Shown here: positions 1-9,589 of the stretch, piece by piece
How the letters are laid out: each line of letters opens with the position of its first letter
How positions within the stretch are numbered: the stretch's first letter is position 1
Source of the DNA: a virus
Lineage: Duplodnaviria; Caudoviricetes
Length of the DNA stretch: 35,713 nucleotides
Virus record (IMG/VR): IMGVR_UViG_3300007735_000667
Span: 1 to 35,713 of that record
Strand: one strand, 5' to 3'
The notes under the pieces: generated by a model
What the model was told of the DNA's origin: nothing
Database searches by the model: none
What the model saw: the letters and a program-made list of their open reading frames with translations, nothing else
Position numbers and translations under genes: made by a program

Positions 1-127
1 TAGTTAGCCACCGATGTCTTTAGATCGGAATAATTGGTATAAGGCATATTTCTCTCTTAATCTTTTGGTATTTCGATATTGTGCCAGCCATACACATATT
101 GACCAATGTGCTTTATATACTTCGACA
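1..127. repeat. Terminal direct repeat, left copy (circular assembly overlap)
   Basis: 1-127 (tagttagcca...ttcgaca) is identical to 35587-35713. Genes read continuously across the junction. Confidence 0.95.
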
Positions 128-692
128 AATCATGGTCTACCCAAGTGTCAAACCCTGCATCCTTGGCTTTTACACAGAAGTAAATGTCCTCACCTAGGAT
201 TCTGTTGCCAGGCAATTGCTCAAAGTAAAAGTAAGGTTCTTCGATTGTTTCTACAACTTTTCGCTTAATCAGCATGACACCGCATCCGATGCCATCTGCC
301 TTCTCAATACCTGTCTTGGCATTGGAATAAATCGGCATCCAATCAATCGAGCCATCCTCGTTGATAAGCATATTCTTGGCTGTCGGTTTTACTGGCTCTG
401 ACCTTGTAGTCGCATTGACTCCGATAATATCTTTATCGTGAGCCATCAAGATTTGCAAGGTATCTTTTGGAAACCGCATATCAGCATCTACAAATAACAG
501 GTAATCTGCCTTTATATCTAAAGCTGTTTTTACCAAGTTATTCCTCTGGTCAAAGATCAGAGTGCCAGAGCTAGTAAAAAGGTCTATATCGTGATTTGAT
601 GTCTTAATGGTATAGGCACACATCGCCACCAAATCAAAGGCTGTAGCGACCTCCATTTGCCCTCTAGCAGGGATTAAAATGGCGATCCTCAT
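57..692 (-). CDS. Glycosyltransferase family 2-like (GT-A fold) protein
   Basis: N-terminal IAILIP strand, RNNLVK, YLLFVDAD (DxD motif), GCGVMLI, LGEDIYFC and HIG, all typical of GT-A/GT2. Confidence 0.8.
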   Translation of the reverse strand: MRIAILIPARGQMEVATAFDLVAMCAYTIKTSNHDIDLFTSSGTLIFDQRNNLVKTALDIKADYLLFVDADMRFPKDTLQILMAHDKDIIGVNATTRSEPVKPTAKNMLINEDGSIDWMPIYSNAKTGIEKADGIGCGVMLIKRKVVETIEEPYFYFEQLPGNRILGEDIYFCVKAKDAGFDTWVDHDLSKYIKHIGQYVYGWHNIEIPKD

Positions 693-1018
693 ACTTCACC
701 GCCTCTAGTGCGGAAAACCCTGTTATCGGGGTCATTTAACCATGCTTTTAAGGCTTTTTCGTCTACGATGTTAAAGCCTCGCATAATTCCTTTAGCATTG
801 AGATCATTGATAATCGCCAATGGTAAAGAAGCTATTTTGTTCTTAGGATCGAACAACTCGCCTGACCATCCTGTTTTGCCAGGGTTTGCATTATATTGCT
901 GTTTTGTATGCTCGGCAAAATCGGTTAGGTCGGTCTGGGAATGGATTATAATCCCGCCCTCGCCATCTGAGTGAACTGTCCTTACTTCTCCATCTACAAC
1001 ATCTAGTAGTTTTTTCAT
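689..1018 (-). CDS. Hypothetical phage protein downstream of the major capsid gene
   Basis: 109-aa ORF with ATGA overlap to the next gene. The C-terminus WLNDPDNRVFRT resembles podovirus proteins seen after capsid genes. Confidence 0.7.
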   Translation of the reverse strand: MKKLLDVVDGEVRTVHSDGEGGIIIHSQTDLTDFAEHTKQQYNANPGKTGWSGELFDPKNKIASLPLAIINDLNAKGIMRGFNIVDEKALKAWLNDPDNRVFRTRGGEV

Positions 1019-1030
1019 GTAAAACCTATA

Positions 1031-1065
1031 TAGAAAGGGGATGAGTTTTGCCCATCCCCTATTCT
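1031..1065 (-). terminator. Rho-independent terminator-like hairpin after the major capsid gene
   Basis: Minus strand AGGGGATGGG-CAAAA-CTCATCCCCT followed by TTCTATAT, about 20 nt after the capsid stop. Confidence 0.65.
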
Positions 1066-1084
1066 ACAGACTATCTAACTTTTA

Positions 1085-2035
1085 TCAAGCAGATAAGTCG
1101 AAAGCACCGCCATGAGCAGCTTCATTGCGAACTTCTAATGTGAGTTCAGCCAAGATTTGTTTCTTCTCAGCATCGCCTACTTTTGCAATGTCATTGGTCT
1201 GGAATGGGCGCAAGTATGCCAAAGCTGCATACTCAGGATCGAGAACCAATGCATCACGAGTCCGCATAAAGCGGTTAGGAACGATCTGCAATACACCAAA
1301 GTCGGACTGATAAAGATCAGCACCAGCTAGGATGGTTGCTTGACCGCTTGTAGGCACTTGATAGCGCTGTGCCGACAAACCTGTAAAGCCTGATACTGTC
1401 TGCTTGAGAGCAGGCGATACCATCAATACAGAAGGTGTGCCACCGCTTGTAAATACCTTGCTGACTACATCCTTGAGGATTGTCTCGGTAAATGTGCGGG
1501 TTGTGCCATCTGTGCGGGTTGATACACCGATGGTTGTAGGATCAGCACCTGCTGTTGTTCCAGAACCTTTGTTGGTGTTGGTCTTGATGTAAGAGAGCAA
1601 AGAACCCATCTTACGAGCAGACGAACCAGACGAACCTGCTGTCTGACCTTGGTTAGCTGTAATGATGGTCTCAATGTCTCGCTTGATCTCAGCCGAGGCT
1701 TTAGCCAATTGGTAAGCCATCTCAGACTTACGACCAGCAAGGTCAGAAGCCAAGAGAGTGCCAGAAACCATAACAGTCTTACCTACGATCTGTGTATAGT
1801 TACCAAGGCGGGTTGTTGGGCTGATTGAGGCTTCTGTTGCGCTTGCGCCTTCAACTAAAGCATTAGCTGTAGTTGCTGCTGCAAGGCTGTCTGTTTGCCA
1901 CTCATGGTAGACAGAAGTAGCTTTTGTCTTACCGATAGAGGACATGATTGGGGTGTCGGTTGGGCTGATGTCATAGATAACATCGGTTAAGTCCTCACGA
2001 GCACCAATTGCTGTATAGCGATCATATGCTGCCAT
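1085..2035 (-). CDS. Major capsid protein (DUF5309/SU10-type)
   Basis: GAREDLTDVIYDISPTDTP, HEWQTDSL, RLGNYTQI, SDFG and ELTLEVRNEAAHG motifs. It follows the scaffold gene. Confidence 0.9.
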   Translation of the reverse strand: MAAYDRYTAIGAREDLTDVIYDISPTDTPIMSSIGKTKATSVYHEWQTDSLAAATTANALVEGASATEASISPTTRLGNYTQIVGKTVMVSGTLLASDLAGRKSEMAYQLAKASAEIKRDIETIITANQGQTAGSSGSSARKMGSLLSYIKTNTNKGSGTTAGADPTTIGVSTRTDGTTRTFTETILKDVVSKVFTSGGTPSVLMVSPALKQTVSGFTGLSAQRYQVPTSGQATILAGADLYQSDFGVLQIVPNRFMRTRDALVLDPEYAALAYLRPFQTNDIAKVGDAEKKQILAELTLEVRNEAAHGGAFDLSA

Positions 2036-2047
2036 TTTTATTTCCTT

Positions 2048-3019
2048 TTATAAGAATCGTTCAAATAATCGAGCTGCATCCTTTTTATTGCCAGATTGGC
2101 GCAGACGAGCTCTCTCTTTTTTTACTGCTTCATTCTCAGAACTCTGCGGATTAGATGTTCCTGGTCTGATAGTCTTTGGTGCTACAGCTACCTTCTTGGT
2201 TGCTGCGCCTTTATTTGCCATCAACTTATCATACTGTGCTGCTTTATAGAGGGCTAATACAGCACGACTGTCATAAACCTGAGAAAGTTCTTGGTCAGTA
2301 AATCCGATTGACTTTGCATAATTGCGGATGTCTCTGCGGACTACTTCTGCCTTTACATCATCCTTGAACTCAGGGATCGCTTCCATGAGCTTTGCCTGTT
2401 CGCCTTGGATGTGCTTTTGCAGAAGTGCTTGCTGATGGGCTGCTTGTTCTTGTTGAACTCGCTGTCTCTCGGCTTGCACCGCCTGTAACTGTTTCTCCCT
2501 CTCTACTTTCTCTGCCATTGCAATTGCATAAGCCACAGGATCTTCTGACTTTAAAGACGAAAGATCTTCTGTTTGGTTTTGCTGTTGTAGCAATTGCTCA
2601 ATGACTTGGAGTCGCTGAGAGTAGGTTTCCCTAGTCTTTGCTGCTTCCTCAATCTTTACTCTTTCGGCTTCTACAGCCTTCCTTTGTTCCGCTAAAGATT
2701 GGGTTTTCTTCTGATAGTCAGCAGTCCTACTGTAGCCATTTAGAAGCTCATCGAGGGTAACTTCGACTTCTTCACCAGAGACTTTAACTCGGTAACGAGG
2801 AAGTTCCTCTACTTCTTCTTCTTGCTCTACAGCTTCTTCTGCACTTACATCTTGCTCCTCGAACTCTGGATCACCTACTAATTCGGTAATCGGCTGTTCA
2901 CTAGCTTCTGGTTGGGCTTGCGCCTCCTCCGCTTGTGGTTCAAGAAAAGACATAAATGCATTAGCTGCACCTCTAACAGATGTATCGACACTCCCTTGTG
3001 GGTTGGTGTTCTCACTCAT
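2048..3019 (-). CDS. Capsid scaffolding protein
   Basis: Acidic N-terminus, YRVKVSGEEVEVTLDELLNGYSRTADYQKKTQ motif and coiled coil. It lies between portal and capsid genes. Confidence 0.8.
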   Translation of the reverse strand: MSENTNPQGSVDTSVRGAANAFMSFLEPQAEEAQAQPEASEQPITELVGDPEFEEQDVSAEEAVEQEEEVEELPRYRVKVSGEEVEVTLDELLNGYSRTADYQKKTQSLAEQRKAVEAERVKIEEAAKTRETYSQRLQVIEQLLQQQNQTEDLSSLKSEDPVAYAIAMAEKVEREKQLQAVQAERQRVQQEQAAHQQALLQKHIQGEQAKLMEAIPEFKDDVKAEVVRRDIRNYAKSIGFTDQELSQVYDSRAVLALYKAAQYDKLMANKGAATKKVAVAPKTIRPGTSNPQSSENEAVKKERARLRQSGNKKDAARLFERFL

Positions 3020-3038
3020 TTTCTACCTCTATGGTTGG

Positions 3039-3269
3039 TTAAAAAACCTTTATTCGCTTCTTTTCGATTTCGCCTTGATCGGCAATTGATCGAATAGATG
3101 CTTCAAATTCTTCTATGGCTCGGAGCTTAACTAAGGCTCTTTCTCTGCCTTCTACATCATGCTCTGCCGAACCGAATATATAAGACTTATAGACCTCTTT
3201 GTGAGCCTCTAAAAGCTCGACAAAGAAGTCATCTTGTAAATAGATCTTTGCTCGGTCTACTTTGTTCAT
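3039..3269 (-). CDS. Small helical head-module protein
   Basis: 76-aa ORF with ATGA overlap to the portal stop, in a common position between portal and scaffold. Confidence 0.65.
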   Translation of the reverse strand: MNKVDRAKIYLQDDFFVELLEAHKEVYKSYIFGSAEHDVEGRERALVKLRAIEEFEASIRSIADQGEIEKKRIKVF

Positions 3270-5296
3270 CCAGGAATCCTGACATCTCCTGTAAGTTTAG
3301 CTCCTACTTGTGCTGCTTTCAACTGAGCTTCTGCTTGGAACTCTGCTGTCTTTAACTCTAAGTTTGCAGCAGCTTTCTCTCTCTCAAGCTGAATCTGTGC
3401 TTGTGCCTTTGCCTTGGCAATCTCAATGTCATTGAGTGCCTTGGCTCGGTCTACTTCGATCTGTGCTTGGGTCTGTGCCATGAGAGCATCCATAGCAGGA
3501 TTTGGCATTGCCTGTGGTGGCTGTGGCTGAGACAACATTTGGTCTAGCTCTGGTGGAATCTCCTTAAAGAACTCCATCGAGTCTTTGTATCCTGCTGCCT
3601 CAATAAACTTGCCTAAAGTATTGCGATACTGACCCACAGATACTAACGGATTAGCAAAGCCTTGGGATGACAAGATTTGCTCTTGTTTTTGCATCACCAT
3701 CGCTGCCATTGCCATCTTTTGATCTTGGCTACCTGTGCCAAGACCAACATTGACTGTTACATCGTAATTATTCTTCCACTCTCTAGGATCAATTGAGACA
3801 TACTTGCCTCGGAGTCGGATGACCCTTGGCTTGTCCTGATACTTAAGCAAGAGCTGGAAAATGCCTGCAAACAGGTCTTTAACACCTGTATCGGCAAAGA
3901 TACGAGCAATCATCTCAATCCGACCAGAGCCAGCTTGTTGCATCGCTGCAATGGCTGTTGCTGTGGTGTTTTGTAGAATGTTTGGGTCAATACCTTGGCT
4001 TGTAGAAGTAACTCCTGACCGTTTCTGCAAGACCTGATCCATGTAATCCAACATTGGGAAGGACTGCGCTGCTGTGGCAGGAACTACCATTGGCTGAACT
4101 GCACCACTCGACTTGACTCGAACCACTCCACCAGGAGCAGAGGTCAATAGGTCATCTAGGTTTACTTGACCATCTAAGGCTGTAACTCTAGGCATATTGG
4201 TCAAATACAGGTTGTCTAGGATTTGGCGAGTAATTGTAGACTTGATGAGCTGGATGTCCATTGCTCGGTCTGCAAGGCTTTGACCAAAGAACTTGTGAGG
4301 CATTGGGATTGGGCAGACACTAGCAAAAGGAATATGGTCGCATTCCTCATTGTCTAGGATCTGGTCTCCTGCATAGGTTACTTTGCGGAGTTCTGCAATC
4401 CCATCACCATCAAAATCGGTGCGGATATAGCACTCAAAGACTTCTACTTCTTGCATCGTAAAGTCTAATGTCTGTGTCTCATCTGGCATCTCGCCCTGAG
4501 TAAATCGAGCCACCCTCTCAGGGGTATATGTCAGGTCATTGTAGGCTGGTAGTTTATCTACAAGAGATTGGTCATACCCTAAAGTTACTAAATCTGATCT
4601 TGTCTTGACTGTCCGATGGGCTACAAACCTTGCATGCTTAATCTTCTTGTCTCGCTTGGCAATCAAGAACTCCTCTGGTGGCACATTCATCACACAGACT
4701 TTGCCAACTTCTTTCTTCTTGCGGACTACGACATTGTAGGAAAGCACAGCAGGGATCGGCATACCCATTGGATCTACCGATGCAGATGCAATCTCCTCTG
4801 TCTCTTGGCTGACTAATTCCATCTCGCCATCAGCAAACAGAAGTGTTAGTTCTTCTGCATTAAGACCTTTGTATTCTTCTTTGGTTGGTTCTTCTGCTTC
4901 TTCCCACCAGTATTTGACAATACCATTCTTTTGTAGAAGTGCATCCTTAAACCAATCATGGAGAATGATGACTCCATCATTGTCATTAAAGAATACATAG
5001 TTTGTGAGTTCTGTGGCTTGTTTAGCCATCTCCTCATCGCCTGGCATCCGAGGCTCGAATCGACCTAACTCATCTGAGCCAGCAAAGATTCGCATAAGCT
5101 GTGGCAATGCACCATCGACTACTTCGGCTACTTCGCCTGTAACAATCTTGCTACGACCTTCTACTTCATTGCCATACTCATATCGGTTGTAGTAGTTGAT
5201 AGCCTTGGTTCTTTGCTCGACTGTCTCAGTCTCTACATAGCCAATAGAATCTTCTATCTCCGCTTCGACAATGACTTTTAGTTTCTGTTCATCCAT
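3266..5296 (-). CDS. Portal protein (P22/SU10-like)
   Basis: 676 aa immediately after terL. Motifs DALLQKNGIVK, VPPEEFLI, PHKFFGQS and RQILDNLYLTN, with a C-terminal helical barrel. Confidence 0.9.
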   Translation of the reverse strand: MDEQKLKVIVEAEIEDSIGYVETETVEQRTKAINYYNRYEYGNEVEGRSKIVTGEVAEVVDGALPQLMRIFAGSDELGRFEPRMPGDEEMAKQATELTNYVFFNDNDGVIILHDWFKDALLQKNGIVKYWWEEAEEPTKEEYKGLNAEELTLLFADGEMELVSQETEEIASASVDPMGMPIPAVLSYNVVVRKKKEVGKVCVMNVPPEEFLIAKRDKKIKHARFVAHRTVKTRSDLVTLGYDQSLVDKLPAYNDLTYTPERVARFTQGEMPDETQTLDFTMQEVEVFECYIRTDFDGDGIAELRKVTYAGDQILDNEECDHIPFASVCPIPMPHKFFGQSLADRAMDIQLIKSTITRQILDNLYLTNMPRVTALDGQVNLDDLLTSAPGGVVRVKSSGAVQPMVVPATAAQSFPMLDYMDQVLQKRSGVTSTSQGIDPNILQNTTATAIAAMQQAGSGRIEMIARIFADTGVKDLFAGIFQLLLKYQDKPRVIRLRGKYVSIDPREWKNNYDVTVNVGLGTGSQDQKMAMAAMVMQKQEQILSSQGFANPLVSVGQYRNTLGKFIEAAGYKDSMEFFKEIPPELDQMLSQPQPPQAMPNPAMDALMAQTQAQIEVDRAKALNDIEIAKAKAQAQIQLEREKAAANLELKTAEFQAEAQLKAAQVGAKLTGDVRIPG

Positions 5297-6583
5297 TTAT
5301 ACGATCCATGAAGTTTTAACTGTTATTGGCTGATCCCAAGTGCTGTTTTGTTCCATACCGATTGCCAAATATCTAAAGCTATCGCTACCATGCGATGCCC
5401 AATCATGCAGAGGCTTGTCAAAGAATACAGACCGCTTCTCATCATACTCTCGCCTGTAGTTCCTAAGACAATCTAATCCTTGCTTGACCTTTGGCATATT
5501 AAACCAACATCTAGGTAGTAGTCTACGAACTGCTTGTATGCCATCATCTACAGAAAGTCTTGGCAGAACCCTGACATCTAGTCCTGATTCTCTCAACACT
5601 TCTAGTCTGCTTTTACCTGTGCCTAGCTCTCTTACTTCCACATCATGAGGCAGTAATTGCTCTGCTTTTTCCCATCGGAACTCTTTTAGCCAATTGACAT
5701 ACCAATCGAGCCCTTGACCATGATTTTCTACATAGTCTAAGAGTCTGACTTCTTGTCCTGTTACTTGGGCTACCCATAGGGCTGTGGAGTCTCCCATTCC
5801 TAAGTCCCAGGCTACATAAGTCCTGCATAGATCATCTCGATCTATATTGCACATCCGACCTTTTGCTTCTACATCATTGAGGATCTTGCCATAGTAGCTA
5901 CCCTCTACTGCTGCATTGAATGAGCACTCGAACTCTTGGTTGTATTTGTCCTCGCCCATTTCTTTTTGGGCTGCCCATAGCTCTTTCTCATCTATGAGCT
6001 TTGTCTCACTAGCCTTGAACTGTAGAGCTGCCCATCCTGGCTCTTGGCTTGCTCTGTCGAACAGTTCCTTGAAATGGTTATTTCCTTTAGGAGTGCCGAT
6101 AAATAGGCAGAATCCCTTTCGGTCTGCTAATGCAGGTCGAATGATCTCGTTCCAGATCTTAGGGTTTTGATCGCCAATTTCGTCAAGCACTACCCCATCG
6201 AAATACTGCCCTCGGAGTGAATCTGGGTTATCCGAGCCATACAACTGGATTCGCCTACCTAAGAAGTCTACCCTTAATTCCGCAATATTGGCTACTGCAT
6301 CTAGCGGTCTGACAAAATGGGTTAAGTAATCCCATGCTACTCTTTTAGCCTGACTATATGTCGGTGCTATATAGGCATACCTAGGGTTCTGCTTGTCATT
6401 CTGCATCGCCCTCTTAATTAACTCATTGAGAGCTGCAACAGTCTTGCCCATCCTTCGATGAGCTACTCCCACCACAAATCGGTGGTTATCCATTGCCTCA
6501 TGGATCTTTAACTGAGGCTCTCTAGGCTTGTAGGGGATGACTACTCTTTTTACTTCGTCATCTGAAAACTCTACTTCTCCCAA
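5297..6583 (-). CDS. terL: Terminase large subunit
   Basis: Walker A HRRMGKT, YIAPTYSQAK, Walker B VVLDE, GTPKG, and RNase H-like nuclease motifs WDLGMGDST and HGSDSFRY. Confidence 0.95.
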   Translation of the reverse strand: MGEVEFSDDEVKRVVIPYKPREPQLKIHEAMDNHRFVVGVAHRRMGKTVAALNELIKRAMQNDKQNPRYAYIAPTYSQAKRVAWDYLTHFVRPLDAVANIAELRVDFLGRRIQLYGSDNPDSLRGQYFDGVVLDEIGDQNPKIWNEIIRPALADRKGFCLFIGTPKGNNHFKELFDRASQEPGWAALQFKASETKLIDEKELWAAQKEMGEDKYNQEFECSFNAAVEGSYYGKILNDVEAKGRMCNIDRDDLCRTYVAWDLGMGDSTALWVAQVTGQEVRLLDYVENHGQGLDWYVNWLKEFRWEKAEQLLPHDVEVRELGTGKSRLEVLRESGLDVRVLPRLSVDDGIQAVRRLLPRCWFNMPKVKQGLDCLRNYRREYDEKRSVFFDKPLHDWASHGSDSFRYLAIGMEQNSTWDQPITVKTSWIV

Positions 6584-6870
6584 GCGACCACCATCTTAAA
6601 TGGCTCACCATCCGAGCCTGTAATATTGTTCTCGATTGGCAGTAATCTGCCATAGATCTTATAGAACTCGCCTTGGTTCTTAGAGTCTGCTTTAGCCCAA
6701 TTGACCATGCCTTCGACTCCACCTAAGTCCTCGAAAGCCCTAATGATGTTCTCTTTTGCTACTCTGGGGATCTTATTAGTCGATCCTTTTGGTCTGCCTG
6801 CTCCTGCTCTTAGACCGCCATGATTTGATTTAGTTGTCTCTAAATTATCAATTTCTGTAGAGTTTTCCAT
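6571..6870 (-). CDS. terS: Terminase small subunit (putative)
   Basis: GGLRAGAGRPKGSTNK motif, C-terminal ITGSDGEP, and overlap with the terL start. Confidence 0.75.
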   Translation of the reverse strand: MENSTEIDNLETTKSNHGGLRAGAGRPKGSTNKIPRVAKENIIRAFEDLGGVEGMVNWAKADSKNQGEFYKIYGRLLPIENNITGSDGEPFKMVVAWEK

Positions 6871-6906
6871 TCCATTCCCTATGGGTTGATGGTTGATGAT
6901 GTTGCT

Positions 6907-6912
6907 ATTCTA
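6907..6912 (-). promoter_or_regulatory. Possible -10 element of an internal promoter for terS/terL
   Basis: TAGAAT on the minus strand in the intergenic gap, about 37 nt upstream of the terS start. No good -35 element. Confidence 0.3.
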
Positions 6913-6920
6913 CAACAGAT

Positions 6921-8285
6921 TTAGTCTAGTAGTCCTTCTACTTTTTGACTATTCTTTTCTAGTATCTTTACATCGGTTGGGTCAAAGATTACAAAGTTAG
7001 ATGTTCCTTTGCCTCTACTACGACTACCTTCGTCTAGGTAACTAATACCAGGCACACCTTGCCGTTGTAACAACTCTGAGGCTTTTGCTGGTGAGCCTTG
7101 ATTCTTTGACAAAAACTCATAATATTCTTTGCCTGTCATGTTCCAATTCATGTCTAAAGGCTTCATTGATTCTAGTTCTTTATTAACTAATGAACTTAAA
7201 TCCATTTTGTTGAGTTTTTCAACAGCTTGTTTTTTTATCTCTTGACCAGCCTTTATATTGGCATCGCTAAACATAGCCATGTAATCATTTCCAATTTCTA
7301 TTGGTGGCAATGATTTTCTTATGTCGTTTTCTATGTTTATAAGGGTTCTATCTTTAACCCTTTGTTCTGCTTCTGATCGTAATGCTTCCATTATTTTAGG
7401 TTGTTGACTAATAGGCTTATCCCAATCCAACATATTAGGGATGTATTCATCAGGAATATCTACTTTGTAGAGATTACCAATGTTTTCATCTAATCCAGAG
7501 AATTTCTTTAAGTCTAGGCTTTTTATAAACTCTTGCTTTGCTACCCATACATCATCTGGCATTGCATTATCTACATTCATCTTTAAAACTTGTGGGTGCT
7601 TTCCGAGCATTACATCTTCCTAAACAGATAACTCGGCATTTGCTTTATCAATTGCTTTGTTTTTTGCCTCTCCATTGGGCATTCTGTATGCTCTTTGCTG
7701 TGCATTTTCGGCTTTATTGTATAAATCCAGTATTTCTTGATTGTTATACTTCAAAGCCTCTGGCTCAACTCTTGCAGCCATAGTTTGATATTGCTGTGCA
7801 ACTTTAGGATTCTCAGCAAAATACATACCATGCCCATATGCTTGAGCACCTTCGCCAGTTCCTACCTTGCTAATGTCAAACTTGCCTCGGATTGTATGGG
7901 GTGTGCCATGATAGGCTGTCAAAGGCTGTAGAAGTCCTTGAGAAGCCATATAGTTCTCTAATGCCATTCCTGCCTTTGGTGCTACTGCTTTTGCTCCTGC
8001 AACTGCTGCTGGTGCTGCAAATGGTGTGGCTGCGCCAAGGTAAGCTAAAGGCTCACCTTGTTGATAGCCTTGTAGGTAAGCTGTTTGGTTAGGATCTAGC
8101 ACAGACATATTCTGTCTTGCAGGAAGTCCATAAGCTGCCTCTGCTGTGCCTTGCATCTGTGGCAAAGTAGGAGCACCCAACAGTCCACTAAAGGCTGTAG
8201 GGTTTACGATTGCCCTAGCTGCCCTAGTAGGGATGTCTAACAAACCCTGTAGTCGGGCTTGTGCCAGATCTAATAGGCTTGCCAT
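6921..8285 (-). pseudogene. ADP-ribosyltransferase-like (ART-PolyVal-like) protein interrupted by one in-frame TAG at 7620-7622
   Basis: ORFs 7620-8285 and 6921-7610 are in the same frame (ELSV-TAG-EDV-MLGK). The first carries AYHGT..FD..GTGEGAQAYGHGMYFAE and the second carries LYKVDIP and GISYLDEGSR..NFVIFDP, which are parts of one domain. Confidence 0.65.
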
Positions 8286-8294
8286 ATATTCCTT

Positions 8295-8465
8295 TTAATG
8301 AACTGTAGGTTGCTTACCGATAAAGTAAATCTCATTACATCCTATTCTTTCTGATAGCTCTAGGATGAATTTGTAGATAATCTTTAGTTCTTCTGCTTTG
8401 TGGTGAAAAGACTCGAATCTTGTAGGGCAGTTACTTAGTTCTACAACTGCAACATTCTCTGCCAT
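8295..8465 (-). CDS. Hypothetical 56-aa protein (MAENVAVVEL...PTVH)
   Basis: Translated by hand. It fills the gap exactly, with ATG abutting the upstream stop. Confidence 0.55.
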   Translation of the reverse strand: MAENVAVVELSNCPTRFESFHHKAEELKIIYKFILELSERIGCNEIYFIGKQPTVH

Positions 8466-8759
8466 CTAGCTCCACTTGCTGCGGTCTGCCCAATATGCCG
8501 CACTCAGCTTTCCTTTAGCTATGTTCTTAGCATGACGAGCTTTGAATGACTTGCGCCTAGCTTTATCCGCTTCCGACTCATTCTTGCTTGGTGGGCTACC
8601 AGACACTCCCTGCTGCCCATAACGAATCGTCTTAATAGTATCGCCTTCCTTGGCGACTACGACATGGCTTTTAGTGGGGTGATTTGGGGTGCGCTTTGGT
8701 CGATTAAATCCGCTTACACCAATCCTCTCTAGGATCTTGGCAGCTTCTCTTATTTTCAC
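8466..8759 (-). CDS. Basic phage protein (DUF6321-like)
   Basis: NRPKRTPNHPTKSHVVVAK..RYGQQG..RRKSFKARH..SAAYWA motif, Lys/Arg-rich. Confidence 0.7.
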   Translation of the reverse strand: MKIREAAKILERIGVSGFNRPKRTPNHPTKSHVVVAKEGDTIKTIRYGQQGVSGSPPSKNESEADKARRKSFKARHAKNIAKGKLSAAYWADRSKWS

Positions 8760-8917
8760 TTCTTAACTTTCATTGACTTGCCAGCAGAACTTAAAGCAAT
8801 TGCAATCGCCTGTTTGGGGTTCTTAACGATTTTCTTGGACTTGCCAGAGTGCAACTTGCCCTCTTTGTATTCGCCCATTACTTTGCCAATCTTTTTCTCA
8901 GCTTTGGTCATCTTCAT
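8756..8917 (-). CDS. Small basic protein (DUF6496-like)
   Basis: KVMGEYKEGKLHSG...NPKQAIAIALS motif. I place the start at ATG 8917 (ATGA overlap), not 9034. Confidence 0.75.
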   Translation of the reverse strand: MKMTKAEKKIGKVMGEYKEGKLHSGKSKKIVKNPKQAIAIALSSAGKSMKVKK

Positions 8918-9429
8918 TTTTTTACCCCATAAAAGTATAGGTCTTTGGTTGCTTGGTTTGTAGAAAATTGATGTTCTGAAAACATACCTTCTACATTGAA
9001 GTCTTGCTCGGTCAGGTTTCTGTAGTAATCCCAAGTAATTAGTGGTGCATCAGCAGGGCTACATCTGCTTGTGCCATGCTCAGGTCTGCCTGTTGTTGCA
9101 CAGGAAAAAATTACCAAACCGCCAATTTTTGTCATCCTGTGCATATTTAGGAAGGTTTCTTCCCAATCGGGGTTGTGCTCAAAACACTCACAGGAAATGG
9201 TGGTGTCATAAGTTTGGTCTGGATGGTCTAAGTCTTGCCCTAAACAGACTAAATCTACATCCTTGCCTTCGCCTACATCTACACCTAAATAATCACAATC
9301 TACAAATAGGTCTCTGATTGTGCCATTGATATTTAGGCTACCAATCTCTAATACTTTTGCATTGCAGAAGTTTTCTGGAAATTTACTTCTGACTGACTCT
9401 ACAAAATCGAACTGTTGTTTATGAGCCAC
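8914..9429 (-). CDS. Class I SAM-dependent methyltransferase
   Basis: VLEIGS motif I, YLGVD, DTTISCECFEH and GGLVI. GTG start. Confidence 0.8.
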   Translation of the reverse strand: MAHKQQFDFVESVRSKFPENFCNAKVLEIGSLNINGTIRDLFVDCDYLGVDVGEGKDVDLVCLGQDLDHPDQTYDTTISCECFEHNPDWEETFLNMHRMTKIGGLVIFSCATTGRPEHGTSRCSPADAPLITWDYYRNLTEQDFNVEGMFSEHQFSTNQATKDLYFYGVKK

Positions 9430-9430
9430 A

Positions 9431-9589
9431 CTACTTCTTTTTGGGCTTTGCAGTTTTAGCTGCTAGTTTGAATGCTTTAGCAGTCGGTGCGCCCTTAGTG
9501 CCAGGCTTTCGCATCTTTTCGCCAGATCCTTCGGCTATCCTTTTCCGCTTTGCGTGAATTGCTGCATACAAACCTTGTGGCTTTTTCAT
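9431..9589 (-). CDS. Small Lys-rich phage protein (52 aa)
   Basis: Hand translation MKKPQGLYAAIHAKRKRIAEGSGEKMRKPGTKGAPTAKAFKLAAKTAKPKKK, with ATGA overlap to the upstream gene. Confidence 0.75.
   Translation of the reverse strand: MKKPQGLYAAIHAKRKRIAEGSGEKMRKPGTKGAPTAKAFKLAAKTAKPKKK

Noticed and set aside
1-127. Terminal repeat as biological DTR
   Set aside because: 127 nt equals a common assembler k-mer size and the repeat cuts through two genes. It indicates circular assembly, not physical ends.
6875-6905. GTTGAT micro-repeats upstream of terS as pac site
   Set aside because: Too short and degenerate to distinguish from chance.
7620-7622. Genome-wide TAG recoding
   Set aside because: Other genes are intact in code 11, several end at TAG with tight coupling, and the tRNA anticodon is UGU.
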